Of a stretch of 32,000 nt of DNA, positions 1 through 9,189 are shown piece by piece. Under the pieces are notes generated by a model. That model had not been told where the DNA came from. It saw only the letters and a program-made list of their open reading frames with translations, and did no database searches. The stretch's first letter is position 1. Each line of letters begins with the position of its first letter. The translations under genes were made by a program, and so were the position numbers. This DNA comes from Microcystis aeruginosa NIES-843. Lineage in GTDB: Bacteria; Cyanobacteriota; Cyanobacteriia; Cyanobacteriales; Microcystaceae. The DNA lies in assembly GCF_000010625.1 (NCBI RefSeq), contig NC_010296.1, positions 360,001-392,000 on the forward strand. The letters run 5' to 3'.

Positions 1-326
1 ATGCCGAGAATAGCTGTTTTTTGGTGGAAGGAATCGAAAACGCCAGGGGCGATGATGGTTTAGAATTAGAGGGAACCCTGGCGCTCAATTCCCCACTATT
101 TGGAGAAGGATACTGGCTCAATTATGGTACACCCAAAGACTCGGAATTAAGGCAACAATTCCCCGAACCCGATTTGTATTCCGATTGGATGAAAATGGGA
201 GAATATTTTTATCGTCTCAGTGGGGCATTAATTGCCCGGGAGGAGTATGATTATCCTAATTGCCGTCAAGATATTTCCCCATCGGAAGCGGTTAAAATAA
301 TCGAATCTTTCGGAGATAACAATTAA
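1..326 (+). CDS. 3' end of an unidentified protein-coding gene, probably truncated by the left window edge
   Basis: The frame is open from base 3 to TAA at 324-326 with no upstream stop. The ORF track shows only 21..326. No family recognised. Confidence 0.45.
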   Translation, partial: AENSCFLVEGIENARGDDGLELEGTLALNSPLFGEGYWLNYGTPKDSELRQQFPEPDLYSDWMKMGEYFYRLSGALIAREEYDYPNCRQDISPSEAVKIIESFGDNN

Positions 327-327
327 A

Positions 328-2007
328 TTGAATTTATCTACAGTCATTTCTGATCTACAACAAAGAAGCAAGGAGCGGTTAGCTTGGTCTGATTTTTGCT
401 GGTTAGGATTAGTAATAATTTTGGGACTGGTTATTAGGTTAACACAATTAACTAGCAAACCTCCCTGGACGGATGAATTTGCCACTATGGTTTTTAGTAT
501 TGGCAATAATTACCAGATAGTGCCGTTAAATCAAATAATTTCCCTAGACACTTTATTAGCACCTCTTCAGAGCAACCATCAGGCAACTATTGCCGATGTA
601 ATTAAATTAGTTATTCAGGAGGACAATCATCCACCTTTATATTTTATTTTCGCCTATCTCTGGAATAAATTATTCTTTGATCGGGGAGAATATGTGTCTT
701 TAGAAGGAATGCGATTGCTGGCAGTTTTTTGGGGAGTTATTTCGATTCCTTTAATTTATTTTATCAGTAAATTGGTCTTTAAATCCGGCTTGATCGCTTT
801 TCTGTCGGCGATTTTAATGGCGGTTTCTCCCTATGCGGTTTTTATCTCCCAAGAAGCGCGTCATTATACTTTAGCGGTTGTATTTGTCCTCATATCTTTA
901 GGCTGTTTTCTTAGGGCAAGCAGCAAAATTATCGACCATAAGAGAATATCCCATACTTTGGTTTTTTTCTGGTTAATTGTCAACTGTCTAGGGTTATTAG
1001 TCCACTATTTTTTTAGTTTAACTATCCTAGCGGAAGCAATAACTTTATTATTGATTTTATTCAAGCAAATCCAACAAAAAAACTTTTGGATAACTAATTG
1101 GTGGCGTTTAAGTTTAGTTTTTTTAGGTAACTTGAGCTTTATTATTATTTGGTTTATCAGCTTTGTACCCAAAGATTATGGCAATCAGATGACTGGTTGG
1201 ATTCAGAGAGACAATGATAGTTTTTTAGCAGTAATTAGCCCCTTTTTTCAATTGCTGGGAACATTAATCACCATGCTTTCCCTGCTCCCCGTTGAATCAG
1301 AATCTTTAATAATTATCTTGATTTCTGGCGCAATAATGATCGGGTTTTTTCTCTGGATTATCCCACAATTAAAAACAGCGTGGCTAGACTCCTATAAATC
1401 AGAATTAGGCATTCTCTCGGCATTTTTTCTCAGTTCAATTGCTATTTTCTTTGTCATCACTTATCTGCTTTTGATCGATATTACCCGGGGAGCTAGATAT
1501 AGTTTTGTTTACTTTCCCTCGGTAATTTTAATTCTAGCAATTTTATTAGACAATTGTTGGCAAAGGAAGCAGAAAAGAATAGTAATTATTGTCATTATCA
1601 TGGCTTTAGTTAGTTCCCTAAGTGTGACTTTTAATTTAGGCTATCGTAAGTATTATCGCCCAGATAAATTAGTTACCACTATCGAAAATAATAGCCGTTA
1701 TCCGTTAGTAATTGCCACTAGCTATAGGAGTTTGGTGCAGGTGGGAGAAATGATGGGAATTGCTTGGGAATTTAACCAAAAATTTCCCGATAAAAACCCT
1801 AAGTTTATCTTAGTTAACCCAGAACAAAAGCCAAATTTTAATCTGTCATCTTCTCTTGCTTTTGAATTATGGTTAATTAATTTCCATTCTTCAATAGATT
1901 TATCGGACTGTCAACCTTCAGAGTTATCCTCCAATTATGTAACAGGTTATGAATATCAAAAGTTTCTCTGTGGGCGATCGATGGATTATAATAGTAAAGT
2001 TAAGTAG
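328..2007 (+). CDS. Polytopic membrane glycosyltransferase, GT39 / ArnT / PMT_2-like
   Basis: 559-aa ORF with many hydrophobic segments. The N-terminal motifs (KPPWTDEF, HPPLYFIFAYLW) look like lipid-linked sugar transferases of the ArnT/PMT type. The TTG start lies 2 nt after the upstream stop. Confidence 0.6.
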   Translation: MNLSTVISDLQQRSKERLAWSDFCWLGLVIILGLVIRLTQLTSKPPWTDEFATMVFSIGNNYQIVPLNQIISLDTLLAPLQSNHQATIADVIKLVIQEDNHPPLYFIFAYLWNKLFFDRGEYVSLEGMRLLAVFWGVISIPLIYFISKLVFKSGLIAFLSAILMAVSPYAVFISQEARHYTLAVVFVLISLGCFLRASSKIIDHKRISHTLVFFWLIVNCLGLLVHYFFSLTILAEAITLLLILFKQIQQKNFWITNWWRLSLVFLGNLSFIIIWFISFVPKDYGNQMTGWIQRDNDSFLAVISPFFQLLGTLITMLSLLPVESESLIIILISGAIMIGFFLWIIPQLKTAWLDSYKSELGILSAFFLSSIAIFFVITYLLLIDITRGARYSFVYFPSVILILAILLDNCWQRKQKRIVIIVIIMALVSSLSVTFNLGYRKYYRPDKLVTTIENNSRYPLVIATSYRSLVQVGEMMGIAWEFNQKFPDKNPKFILVNPEQKPNFNLSSSLAFELWLINFHSSIDLSDCQPSELSSNYVTGYEYQKFLCGRSMDYNSKVK

Positions 2008-2018
2008 GGCTATTAACT

Positions 2019-2228
2019 ATGATTATTTGGGTAAATGAACAGATTGACCCCTGCGGTTTAGTACAAGCTTGTATTGCCTGTCAAGATGAACAAGCAGCAA
2101 AAGATTGTCATCAAAGTTGGTTAACCAGTCTTACGGACGAACAAAAACAAGCGGGGTGGGTAGCAGTTTTAAGAACCGTAGAATCTTGGGATGATGTACC
2201 AGTAAATGCTCTGAAGTTAAGTTATTAA
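2019..2228 (+). CDS. Small hypothetical protein (69 aa)
   Basis: ATG ORF directly downstream of the glycosyltransferase. No recognisable family. Confidence 0.35.
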   Translation: MIIWVNEQIDPCGLVQACIACQDEQAAKDCHQSWLTSLTDEQKQAGWVAVLRTVESWDDVPVNALKLSY

Positions 2229-2235
2229 CTATAAC

Positions 2236-2300
2236 TAGGGTTTGCGGCAAAAAGTTTTGCGTGGGAAGTGGGAAGTGGGGACAAGGGAGCGGGTTTTTAA
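2236..2300. repeat. Partial copy of the G-heptamer MITE-like repeat (left arm only)
   Basis: tagggtttgcggcaaaaagtttt matches the left end of the element at 22527. It is followed by GGGAAGT heptamers instead of GGGTGTR. No right arm was found. Confidence 0.4.
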
Positions 2301-2427
2301 AGCTGGATTAGGAGTTAATCGCACTATTAACAACGTCAATCGATGACAAAAATTTGGCTGGCAGAGCTTTTAGAGCAAAAACAGGCGAAAAAATGCAAGA
2401 GGGCAGGTTTTACCCCACCCTTTGGTC

Positions 2428-2922
2428 TTATTTTAAACGAATTACTAACCGGCGATCGGGTTCCACGCCGCGACTTTCCGTGGTTAAATCGTTTTCTTCC
2501 TGAAAAAAGGCATGGATTTGGCGACGTTCCGCCGAAGATAGGGCTTTTAATTCTATTTCCTGTCCTGTTTGCCGCACTTGCGTCGCCGCTTGATTCACCC
2601 AGTCGAAAAGTTCTGCCTGTTTTTGTTGACGATAGCCATTGATTTCGACAATATAGAACTGATGTTCTGCCGCCTCGACACCAATATTCAGAATCGTATT
2701 AGCTAGGGATTGAATCGCATCCAGTCCCTCACCCTTGTTAGCGAGGAGAAGTTCCACTTGTTGGGGACTCAATTGACTGCTATCAATAATTAACCAACAG
2801 GAGGAAGGTCCAGTTCCCAATTCCTGCACACCAATCTGGACATCTGTGGGCATGGCCATCAACTTTAGCAGTTTTTCCAGCCATTGTTTAGCTTTCTCGC
2901 TATTTTGCTCCCATATACTCAT
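2428..2922 (-). CDS. jag: Jag-like KH/R3H single-stranded nucleic-acid-binding protein
   Basis: 164-aa ORF immediately downstream of yidC with a 1-nt overlap. The C-terminal R3H-like motif is LSSAERRQIHAFF. The yidC-jag order is conserved. Confidence 0.75.
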   Translation of the reverse strand: MSIWEQNSEKAKQWLEKLLKLMAMPTDVQIGVQELGTGPSSCWLIIDSSQLSPQQVELLLANKGEGLDAIQSLANTILNIGVEAAEHQFYIVEINGYRQQKQAELFDWVNQAATQVRQTGQEIELKALSSAERRQIHAFFQEENDLTTESRGVEPDRRLVIRLK

Positions 2923-4070
2923 TACGATGTTTTTTCCTTTTTCTTGCTAGAACGTTTTTCAAAGGGGAGAGCATCGCGGGATTTTTCCGTTTTTTCCTGT
3001 TCCGCTACCAATTTTTGCAGGTTTTCCGGTAACGGTTCCCGCATCAAAATCACCGTTTGAATAGTTTGGAAGATGTTCGCAGTTAAGATATACATCAATA
3101 CCCCCGCTGGTAAGGGGAAAAACAGGAACATCATACTAAAAATTATCGGGGTGATTTTATTCACCGTTTGCTGTTGTTGGGCTGCTCCCCCCGAAGGCGC
3201 ACCGGCACCGGATAACTCTTGGTTAACATAGATACTAATGCCGAAAGCGATCACCATCGCCAAGATATCCCAGTGAATTTCACCATCTGGACCGGTTGCC
3301 CCAATTCTTCCCAGGGCCTCAATAAAGAGAAAACCCGTATTAGCGGCAATCCCCGGCACGATAACTTTAATACTGGCATCTCCGGGGGCTAAAGCGACGA
3401 TGGAACCGTCTTCATTAACTTGCACCAGTTCTTGACCTTTAACCACCTCGTAGGTGGGTTTTAGGTTATTTTCGGGTGCTTCCGTGGCTAATTGGCTTAA
3501 AGACTTGCCCTGGTCGTTTTGCAGGTCGATTTTTACCTGTTCTCCCGGGGCGATTTTATTGCCTTGGGGTAAAAAAGCGGTGATGGGATAGTGGAGAGAC
3601 TCGTCAATATAAACGTTTTGGGGTTTGGTGGCATAGAGTTGGCGCTGCACCATGGCGATTTGTTCGCTCGGCAACACCTGTAAATCGACGGTGTAGTTAA
3701 TATCCGAGAAGGGGGAACCCCGCAGCGTCGCAAATAAAGCCAAAAGAATCGGCATTTGTAATAACAGGGGTAAACAACCCGCTAGGGGATTGCCCAACTC
3801 CTGCATTAATTTGCCCATTTCCTCCTGTTGTTTTTGCGGGTCATTTTTGTAGCGTTGTTGAATTTCTGTCTGTCTTTCCTTCATTAAGGGTTGAGTGATT
3901 CGCATTTTTCTCATATTGCGAATCTGGCCGGCACTGAGGGGAAAGACGGCAAATCTGACCACCAGCGTTAAAGCAATGATGGCGAAACCGTAACTATGCA
4001 CAATCCGAAAGAAAAAATCTAGGATTGGCAACATGATATTTGTGGAAATAAATCCGACTCCAAAATCCAT
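2922..4070 (-). CDS. yidC: Membrane protein insertase YidC (Alb3/Oxa1 family)
   Basis: 382 aa with the typical cyanobacterial YidC core ([27 protein letters not shown]) and a basic C-terminal tail. It sits in the rnpA-yidC-jag cluster. Confidence 0.9.
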   Translation of the reverse strand: MDFGVGFISTNIMLPILDFFFRIVHSYGFAIIALTLVVRFAVFPLSAGQIRNMRKMRITQPLMKERQTEIQQRYKNDPQKQQEEMGKLMQELGNPLAGCLPLLLQMPILLALFATLRGSPFSDINYTVDLQVLPSEQIAMVQRQLYATKPQNVYIDESLHYPITAFLPQGNKIAPGEQVKIDLQNDQGKSLSQLATEAPENNLKPTYEVVKGQELVQVNEDGSIVALAPGDASIKVIVPGIAANTGFLFIEALGRIGATGPDGEIHWDILAMVIAFGISIYVNQELSGAGAPSGGAAQQQQTVNKITPIIFSMMFLFFPLPAGVLMYILTANIFQTIQTVILMREPLPENLQKLVAEQEKTEKSRDALPFEKRSSKKKEKTS

Positions 4071-4154
4071 GGGTTTAATCTATGCCTTCTCGTTTAATAG
4101 GGGTTCACTTTGACAAATCTAATTTATCGAATCTCGGCGATCGATTATTTTGTT

Positions 4155-4550
4155 TTATTGACTGATGATCGATTCTAGGGGACGACCGGTTTTATCGGCG
4201 ACTCTTTCGGCAATATAGTCATGAATTTCCCGGAATTTCGGCATCGCCCGCATTTCTAAACGACTTCTATCCTTGAGAGTTACGACAATATCCCCCCAAA
4301 GACCAATTCCTCTCGGCATTTTCGCCACTTTTGCCACTTCTGAATAGATAATATCTGTGCGATCTCGTCCCATCCAACCCCCGGTGATCGAAATCCGCCG
4401 ATCGGTTATCTTATATCTTAACCAGATTGCCCGTACTACTGCCCCAACGGTCAAAGGTAAACAAATCACCGTAAATCCTAGCAGTATATTGATGATTAGG
4501 TCGCCGATGTGCGGACCCCCTTCATAAAAAGTTTCTTCTTTAATGCCCAT
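4155..4550 (-). CDS. Membrane-anchored bacterial PH (bPH_2/YdbS-like) domain protein
   Basis: 131 aa with one or two N-terminal TM helices followed by the motif [21 protein letters not shown]. It lies between rnpA and yidC, as in other cyanobacteria, and overlaps the rnpA stop. Confidence 0.65.
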   Translation of the reverse strand: MGIKEETFYEGGPHIGDLIINILLGFTVICLPLTVGAVVRAIWLRYKITDRRISITGGWMGRDRTDIIYSEVAKVAKMPRGIGLWGDIVVTLKDRSRLEMRAMPKFREIHDYIAERVADKTGRPLESIISQ

Positions 4551-4902
4551 GAATTATATTGGCCTTCACTAACAACTGCTTTAATTCTCGCAAAAAATGT
4601 TCATAATTGCACTCGATCGCCCCTGGACGGATAATGATTATCCCTCGCCATCCTGCCGCTATTTCTGGCAATAACTCCCGAATTACCGCTCTTATTTGTC
4701 TTTTTAGTCGATTACGAACCACCGCTTTTTTACTAACTTTCTTGCTAATCGAGATACCAAAACGACTGGGGCCGGGGGCATCTGGGCAAGAATCCTCTAA
4801 ACTAATTAAGGTTAAGTGGGAACCGTGATAACGCTTCCCTGTTCCATAGACAGCTTGAAAATCCTGTCGATGTTTTAAGCGATGAATTTGGGGTAGTCCC
4901 AC
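4540..4902 (-). CDS. rnpA: Ribonuclease P protein component
   Basis: 120 aa, basic, with [12 protein letters not shown] and the [11 protein letters not shown] (RNR) motif. It is located downstream of rpmH. Confidence 0.85.
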   Translation of the reverse strand: MGLPQIHRLKHRQDFQAVYGTGKRYHGSHLTLISLEDSCPDAPGPSRFGISISKKVSKKAVVRNRLKRQIRAVIRELLPEIAAGWRGIIIIRPGAIECNYEHFLRELKQLLVKANIIHGH

Positions 4903-4928
4903 GAAAATTAGTCGGTTCCCAGAATAAC

Positions 4929-5066
4929 CTAAACACTTAAACGATAGCGCCCTCTTTTCCGACGAGCTTTAATTACTTTGCGTCCGTTGACGCTACGCAT
5001 TCTCGCTCTAAATCCAGAAGTGCGCTTCTGTTTGCGCGTGGTTCCTTCTAAAGTACGTTTACTCAC
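4929..5066 (-). CDS. rpmH: 50S ribosomal protein L34
   Basis: Not in the ORF track because it is too short. My translation of the minus strand is (GTG)[45 protein letters not shown]. An AGGAGG Shine-Dalgarno lies ~9 nt upstream. It is immediately upstream of rnpA. Confidence 0.9.
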
Positions 5067-5156
5067 TGCTGATTTTCCTCCTTAAGATAGAGTTACTCTA
5101 TAGATATAAAGACACAATTTTCTATTATAACAAAATTACTAGGAATTGGGAAGCCC

Positions 5157-7121
5157 ATGGTCAAGCTCCGTTTTGGTCGAGATATCTGTAATTGTCTCCC
5201 AGTGGCTGAAAAGCGCGAATGGTTAGTCACTAATGGTATTGGTGGTTTTGCCGCGGGAACTGTGGCCGGATTGCTAACTCGCTGTTATCATGGTCTCTTG
5301 ATCGCTGCTTTGGCTCCACCGACGCAAAGAACGCTTCTTGTGACTAAAATCGATGAATCGATACAATATAACCAGAAAATTTATCATCTGGCCAGCAATC
5401 GCTGGTTAGGTGCTACGATCGAACCGCAAGGCTATATTAATATCGAAAGTTTTCATCTGGAAGGCACAATTCCCGTCTGGACTTTTACCTGTGGGGATGC
5501 CTTACTAGAAAAGCGTATCTGGATGGAACAGGGAGAAAATACCACCTATACTCACTATACCTACCGTCGTGGCAATTCTCCCCTAACTCTCAATCTGACT
5601 GCTTTTGTCAATTATCGTGATTTTCACGGCAATACCCAGGGTTTTAACTGGCAAATGGCTATTAGTCCCCTAGAAAAAGGAGTCAGAGTGATTGCCTATG
5701 ACAATGCTGTACCTTTTTATCTATTAATCAGTCAGGGAGAGGTTTTTCCCGCTCATATCTGGTATTATCGCTTTGATTTGGCCGTGGAACGTTATCGTGG
5801 TTTAATCGATCGGGAAAATCATCTCCATGCCGCTAGTTTTTCGGCTACTCTTAAAGTGGGAGAATCGGTGACAATTGCCGCTAGTACCCGTCCCGATCCC
5901 AGTTTAGACGGTCAATCTTCTCTAGAGTCTCGCTATCGCTACGAAAATAGTCTGATTAATCCCCAGCAGCCCGAATGGATTCAACAACTTACCCTCGCTG
6001 CCGACCAGTTTATCGTTAGTCGTCCTCTCCGGGATCAACCGGAGGGCAAAACGATAATCGCGGGTTATCCTTGGTTTGGTGATTGGGGTCGCGATACGAT
6101 GATCTCCCTAAGAGGATTAACTTTGACTACAGGCAGACCTGCGATCGCCCGTCAGATTTTACTAACTTTTTCCCGTTATCTAGACCGGGGTTTATTGCCG
6201 AATTTACTGCCCGATGGGGGAGAAATGCCCGAATATAACGCTGTCGATGCTATTCTTTGGTATTTTGAAGCCATTCGTTCCTATTTTAACCAAAGCCAAG
6301 ATTTTGAGTTTCTCAGAACTATTTATCCCGCTTTAAAGGAAGTGATCGCTTGGTTTCGTCGCGGCACTCGCTACAATATTCACCTAGATGACGATGGTTT
6401 GATCTATGCCGGCGAAGCGGGAGTACAATTGACTTGGATGGATGCCAAAGTTGATGATCTGGTGATTACTCCCCGCATCGGCAAACCCGTAGAAATTAAT
6501 GCCCTTTGGTTCAATGCCCTCAAAATAATGGTTCAATTTGCCCATTATTTGGGCATGGATGCCACTGATTACGAAAAAATGAGAAAAATGACCCTAAAAG
6601 GGTTCTCTCGCTTCTGGGATGATTCTCTGGGGTATTGTTACGATGTTTTAGATACGGACAAGGGCAATGATGCCAGTTTACGACCGAATCAACTTTTTGC
6701 CGTGTCTTTGTCGGTGGAGGAGTTATTAAATTCCCCACAGAAAAAGGCCATTGTCGATATTTGTGCTTTAAAATTGTTGACTTCTCGCGGTTTGCGATCG
6801 CTAGATGCCGATCATCCTGATTACCGTGGCGTTTACAGTGGCGATCGCTTAAAAAGAGATAGTGCCTACCATCAGGGGACAGTCTGGGGATGGTTATTAG
6901 GGGCATTTATCGAGGCCCATCTGAAAGTCTATCGCGATCCCATCCTAGCTGAGAGTTTTTTAACACCGATGATCGACCATCTTCGGGATAGCTGTATCGG
7001 TAATTTAAGTGAAATTTTCGATGGTAATGCCCCTTTTACCCCTAGGGGTGCTTTTGCCCAAGCATGGACGGTGGCAGAGGTATTAAGAGTTTGGCAAGCG
7101 ATCCGAGAATTTTCGCCATAA
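5157..7121 (+). CDS. Glycogen debranching enzyme (amylo-alpha-1,6-glucosidase, archaeal-type GDE)
   Basis: 654 aa. The N-terminal GDE_N-like region and C-terminal (alpha/alpha)6 region carry GYPWFGDWGRDTMISL and YHQGTVWGWLLG, typical of this family. Confidence 0.8.
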   Translation: MVKLRFGRDICNCLPVAEKREWLVTNGIGGFAAGTVAGLLTRCYHGLLIAALAPPTQRTLLVTKIDESIQYNQKIYHLASNRWLGATIEPQGYINIESFHLEGTIPVWTFTCGDALLEKRIWMEQGENTTYTHYTYRRGNSPLTLNLTAFVNYRDFHGNTQGFNWQMAISPLEKGVRVIAYDNAVPFYLLISQGEVFPAHIWYYRFDLAVERYRGLIDRENHLHAASFSATLKVGESVTIAASTRPDPSLDGQSSLESRYRYENSLINPQQPEWIQQLTLAADQFIVSRPLRDQPEGKTIIAGYPWFGDWGRDTMISLRGLTLTTGRPAIARQILLTFSRYLDRGLLPNLLPDGGEMPEYNAVDAILWYFEAIRSYFNQSQDFEFLRTIYPALKEVIAWFRRGTRYNIHLDDDGLIYAGEAGVQLTWMDAKVDDLVITPRIGKPVEINALWFNALKIMVQFAHYLGMDATDYEKMRKMTLKGFSRFWDDSLGYCYDVLDTDKGNDASLRPNQLFAVSLSVEELLNSPQKKAIVDICALKLLTSRGLRSLDADHPDYRGVYSGDRLKRDSAYHQGTVWGWLLGAFIEAHLKVYRDPILAESFLTPMIDHLRDSCIGNLSEIFDGNAPFTPRGAFAQAWTVAEVLRVWQAIREFSP

Positions 7122-7468
7122 TCCTTTAAAATAAGCAATTGTTAGGTGTGTTAGACCAGCTAAAGGACCGACCCTAAAACCCACTTTCCGCACTTCTTAA
7201 CATTCAATTGATAATTTTTACTAATACATTGCTTACAACCCTTTGCCAGTAAAGATTGTAGCTACAAGGATCGATTTTCATCAAGGTGAAGAATTGTAAT
7301 TTGTTTTCTCAGAAAAAATCAATTATTGAAAATGTTCTCAATAGTAGTTTCTACAATGAAGCTTTTTCGTCAAAACATCTTGGGGAATGTAAAAATATAT
7401 AAAGGTATATGAAGATGTGCGGAATGTCGGCTAAAAACCTCAGTCAGACCGTTATAGACAAAACTCTC

Positions 7469-8137
7469 ATGGAGAAACCGCAAGTTATTTTTCTCGATGC
7501 TGTGGGTACTCTTTTTGGAGTAAAAGGCAGTGTCGGAGCAATTTATAGTCAAATAGCAGCTGATTTTGGGGTAGAGGTGGCGGCCGAGAGTCTAGAACAA
7601 TCTTTCTTGGCTATTTTCCCCACTTCTCCCCCCCTAGCTTTTCCTAAGGTTGAACCTGCACAAATTCCCGAGTTAGAGTATCGCTGGTGGCGATCGCTGA
7701 CTGGGGCAGTTTTTCATAATTTAGGTTATCTGGAACGATTTCCCGATTTTGAGGCTTTTTTTGGCGAACTTTACCGTCATTTTGCCACGGCCGAGCCTTG
7801 GGTCCTGTACGAGGATGTCATTCCCGCTTTAAGACTCTGGCAGATTCAGGGGATCGAGTTGGGCATTATTTCTAATTTTGATAGTCGTATCTACCAAGTT
7901 TTGGCCGAATTAGGCTTAGAATATTTTTTTCGATCGATCACGATTTCTTCCCATGCAGGAGCAGCTAAACCCGATGCTGAAATTTTTCAAATCGCCCTGC
8001 AAAAACATGATTGTTCCCCCGCACAAGCTTGGCATATTGGCGATAGTAAAAAAGAGGACTACCAAGGGGCAAAAGCCTTGGGTATGGAAGCATTTTTAAT
8101 TAAAAGATCAATCGGTCAAGAGAGAAAAAGTCTCTGA
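7469..8137 (+). CDS. HAD-superfamily hydrolase (subfamily IA, REG-2-like)
   Basis: Carries HAD motif I (VIFLDAVGTLF), motif II (ISNFD) and motif III/IV (KPDAEIF..HIGDS). The ORF opens at 7409, but the ATG at 7469 just before motif I is the more plausible start. Confidence 0.75.
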   Translation: MEKPQVIFLDAVGTLFGVKGSVGAIYSQIAADFGVEVAAESLEQSFLAIFPTSPPLAFPKVEPAQIPELEYRWWRSLTGAVFHNLGYLERFPDFEAFFGELYRHFATAEPWVLYEDVIPALRLWQIQGIELGIISNFDSRIYQVLAELGLEYFFRSITISSHAGAAKPDAEIFQIALQKHDCSPAQAWHIGDSKKEDYQGAKALGMEAFLIKRSIGQERKSL

Positions 8138-8139
8138 GC

Positions 8140-8167
8140 GGGGATGGGGGATAGGGGATAGGGAGGG
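8140..8167. repeat. G-rich heptamer tandem repeat (GGGGATR x3-4)
   Basis: The sequence ggggatg ggggata ggggata gggaggg lies directly after the HAD stop codon. Confidence 0.8.
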
Positions 8168-8226
8168 AATACATATCCTACCGGCTAATACCTAACCCTC
8201 AAAATGCTTTAATCCCCATCGGGATT

Positions 8227-8949
8227 TTAGACTAATTCCTGCGATGGAATGTAACTAGATTCTGACTGATCAGCGTTAGGATCTGTCTCTTTGGGGGCGG
8301 CCACTTTTACCAAAGCATGACGCAAAACATCTTCTCCGAGAGTGTATCCTCGCACTAACTGCTCGACCACCGTGCCTTCGGGATGTTCATCGGTGTACTC
8401 CCGCATCATCGCTTCGTGGTAGGTGGGATCAAAGGGTTGACCTTCCGGACGCATGGGGGAAACACCTAAACGCTTGAGACTCTCTACTAAGATTTTATAG
8501 ACCCCTTGGTAACTCTTGTGAATACCCATCTCGCCATCATTAGCCGGTTTAATTTGAGTACGGGCGCGCTCAAAATTATCCACCACGCCAAGAATTTCCA
8601 TCAGGGTTTTGCCCTTGATTTTTGTTTCCAGTTCCTCTTTTTCCTTGGCTGTGCGTTTGCGAAAATTGTCGAACTCGGCTGCTAGAGTGATATAGAGTTT
8701 CTTGTAGGCATCAACCTGTTGGGTTTGTTCCTCTAACTGCTGTTTGAGAGTGTCGATTTCCTCTTGTAGAGCATCGATAGTCATTCCCCCTAGAAGGGAA
8801 AATTCCTCGCTAGAGGCTGCCTGGTTAGTCACCGTTTTGGCTTCATCGGTGACAGTGGCTTCCGATTCGGTTGTAAGGGATTCGGGGGAATTAGGAAAGG
8901 ATTCTTGGTTTTCGTCGAAAATTACTGAGTTATTCGGTTCTGCAATCAT
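8227..8949 (-). CDS. grpE: Nucleotide exchange factor GrpE
   Basis: Acidic N-terminus, a coiled-coil region ([29 protein letters not shown]) and a C-terminal beta domain ([23 protein letters not shown]). The ATG at 8949 is preferred over the TTG at 8979. Confidence 0.9.
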   Translation of the reverse strand: MIAEPNNSVIFDENQESFPNSPESLTTESEATVTDEAKTVTNQAASSEEFSLLGGMTIDALQEEIDTLKQQLEEQTQQVDAYKKLYITLAAEFDNFRKRTAKEKEELETKIKGKTLMEILGVVDNFERARTQIKPANDGEMGIHKSYQGVYKILVESLKRLGVSPMRPEGQPFDPTYHEAMMREYTDEHPEGTVVEQLVRGYTLGEDVLRHALVKVAAPKETDPNADQSESSYIPSQELV

Positions 8950-9120
8950 AGTATACAATTTTAGTGGGTAATTTTGCAATATATGACCATTTACTGCTAA
9001 TTTTGGTCTTTAAGTACCAGCTAATAATCAAGGTTTAACCTTTAATGTAACATTTTGTGGACAAGATCCGTAACTGGATATAAGCGACCCCGATAGATAA
9101 TCGGTGATCTAGAAAAATTT

Positions 9121-9149
9121 TTGCTAGAATATAGTTCTATTAGTAAAAT
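9121..9149 (+). promoter_or_regulatory. Candidate sigma70-type promoter for pilB
   Basis: TTGCTA (9121-9126), a 17-nt spacer, then TAAAAT (9144-9149). A GGAGAGG Shine-Dalgarno lies at ~9170 and the ATG at 9190. Confidence 0.35.
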
Positions 9150-9189
9150 TGGGAACATTTAAGGGTAGTGGAGAGGTTAAGAATCGTCT

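Noticed and set aside
2343-2642. 99-aa plus-strand ORF overlapping jag. The same applies to the antisense ORFs 228..506, 3533..3733, 4607..4828, 6520..6906, 6929..7138, 7370..7552, 8744..8971, 9916..10225, 12557..12808, 13127..13620, 14523..14759, 14874..16097, 25539..25855 and 31292..31513
   Set aside because: All lie antisense to, or out of frame within, well-supported longer genes. They have no recognisable motifs and odd composition, so I treat them as shadow ORFs.
5087-5101. Small palindrome ATAGAGTTACTCTAT between rpmH and the debranching enzyme gene
   Set aside because: It is only a 6-bp stem in an AT-rich divergent promoter region. That is too short to distinguish from chance.
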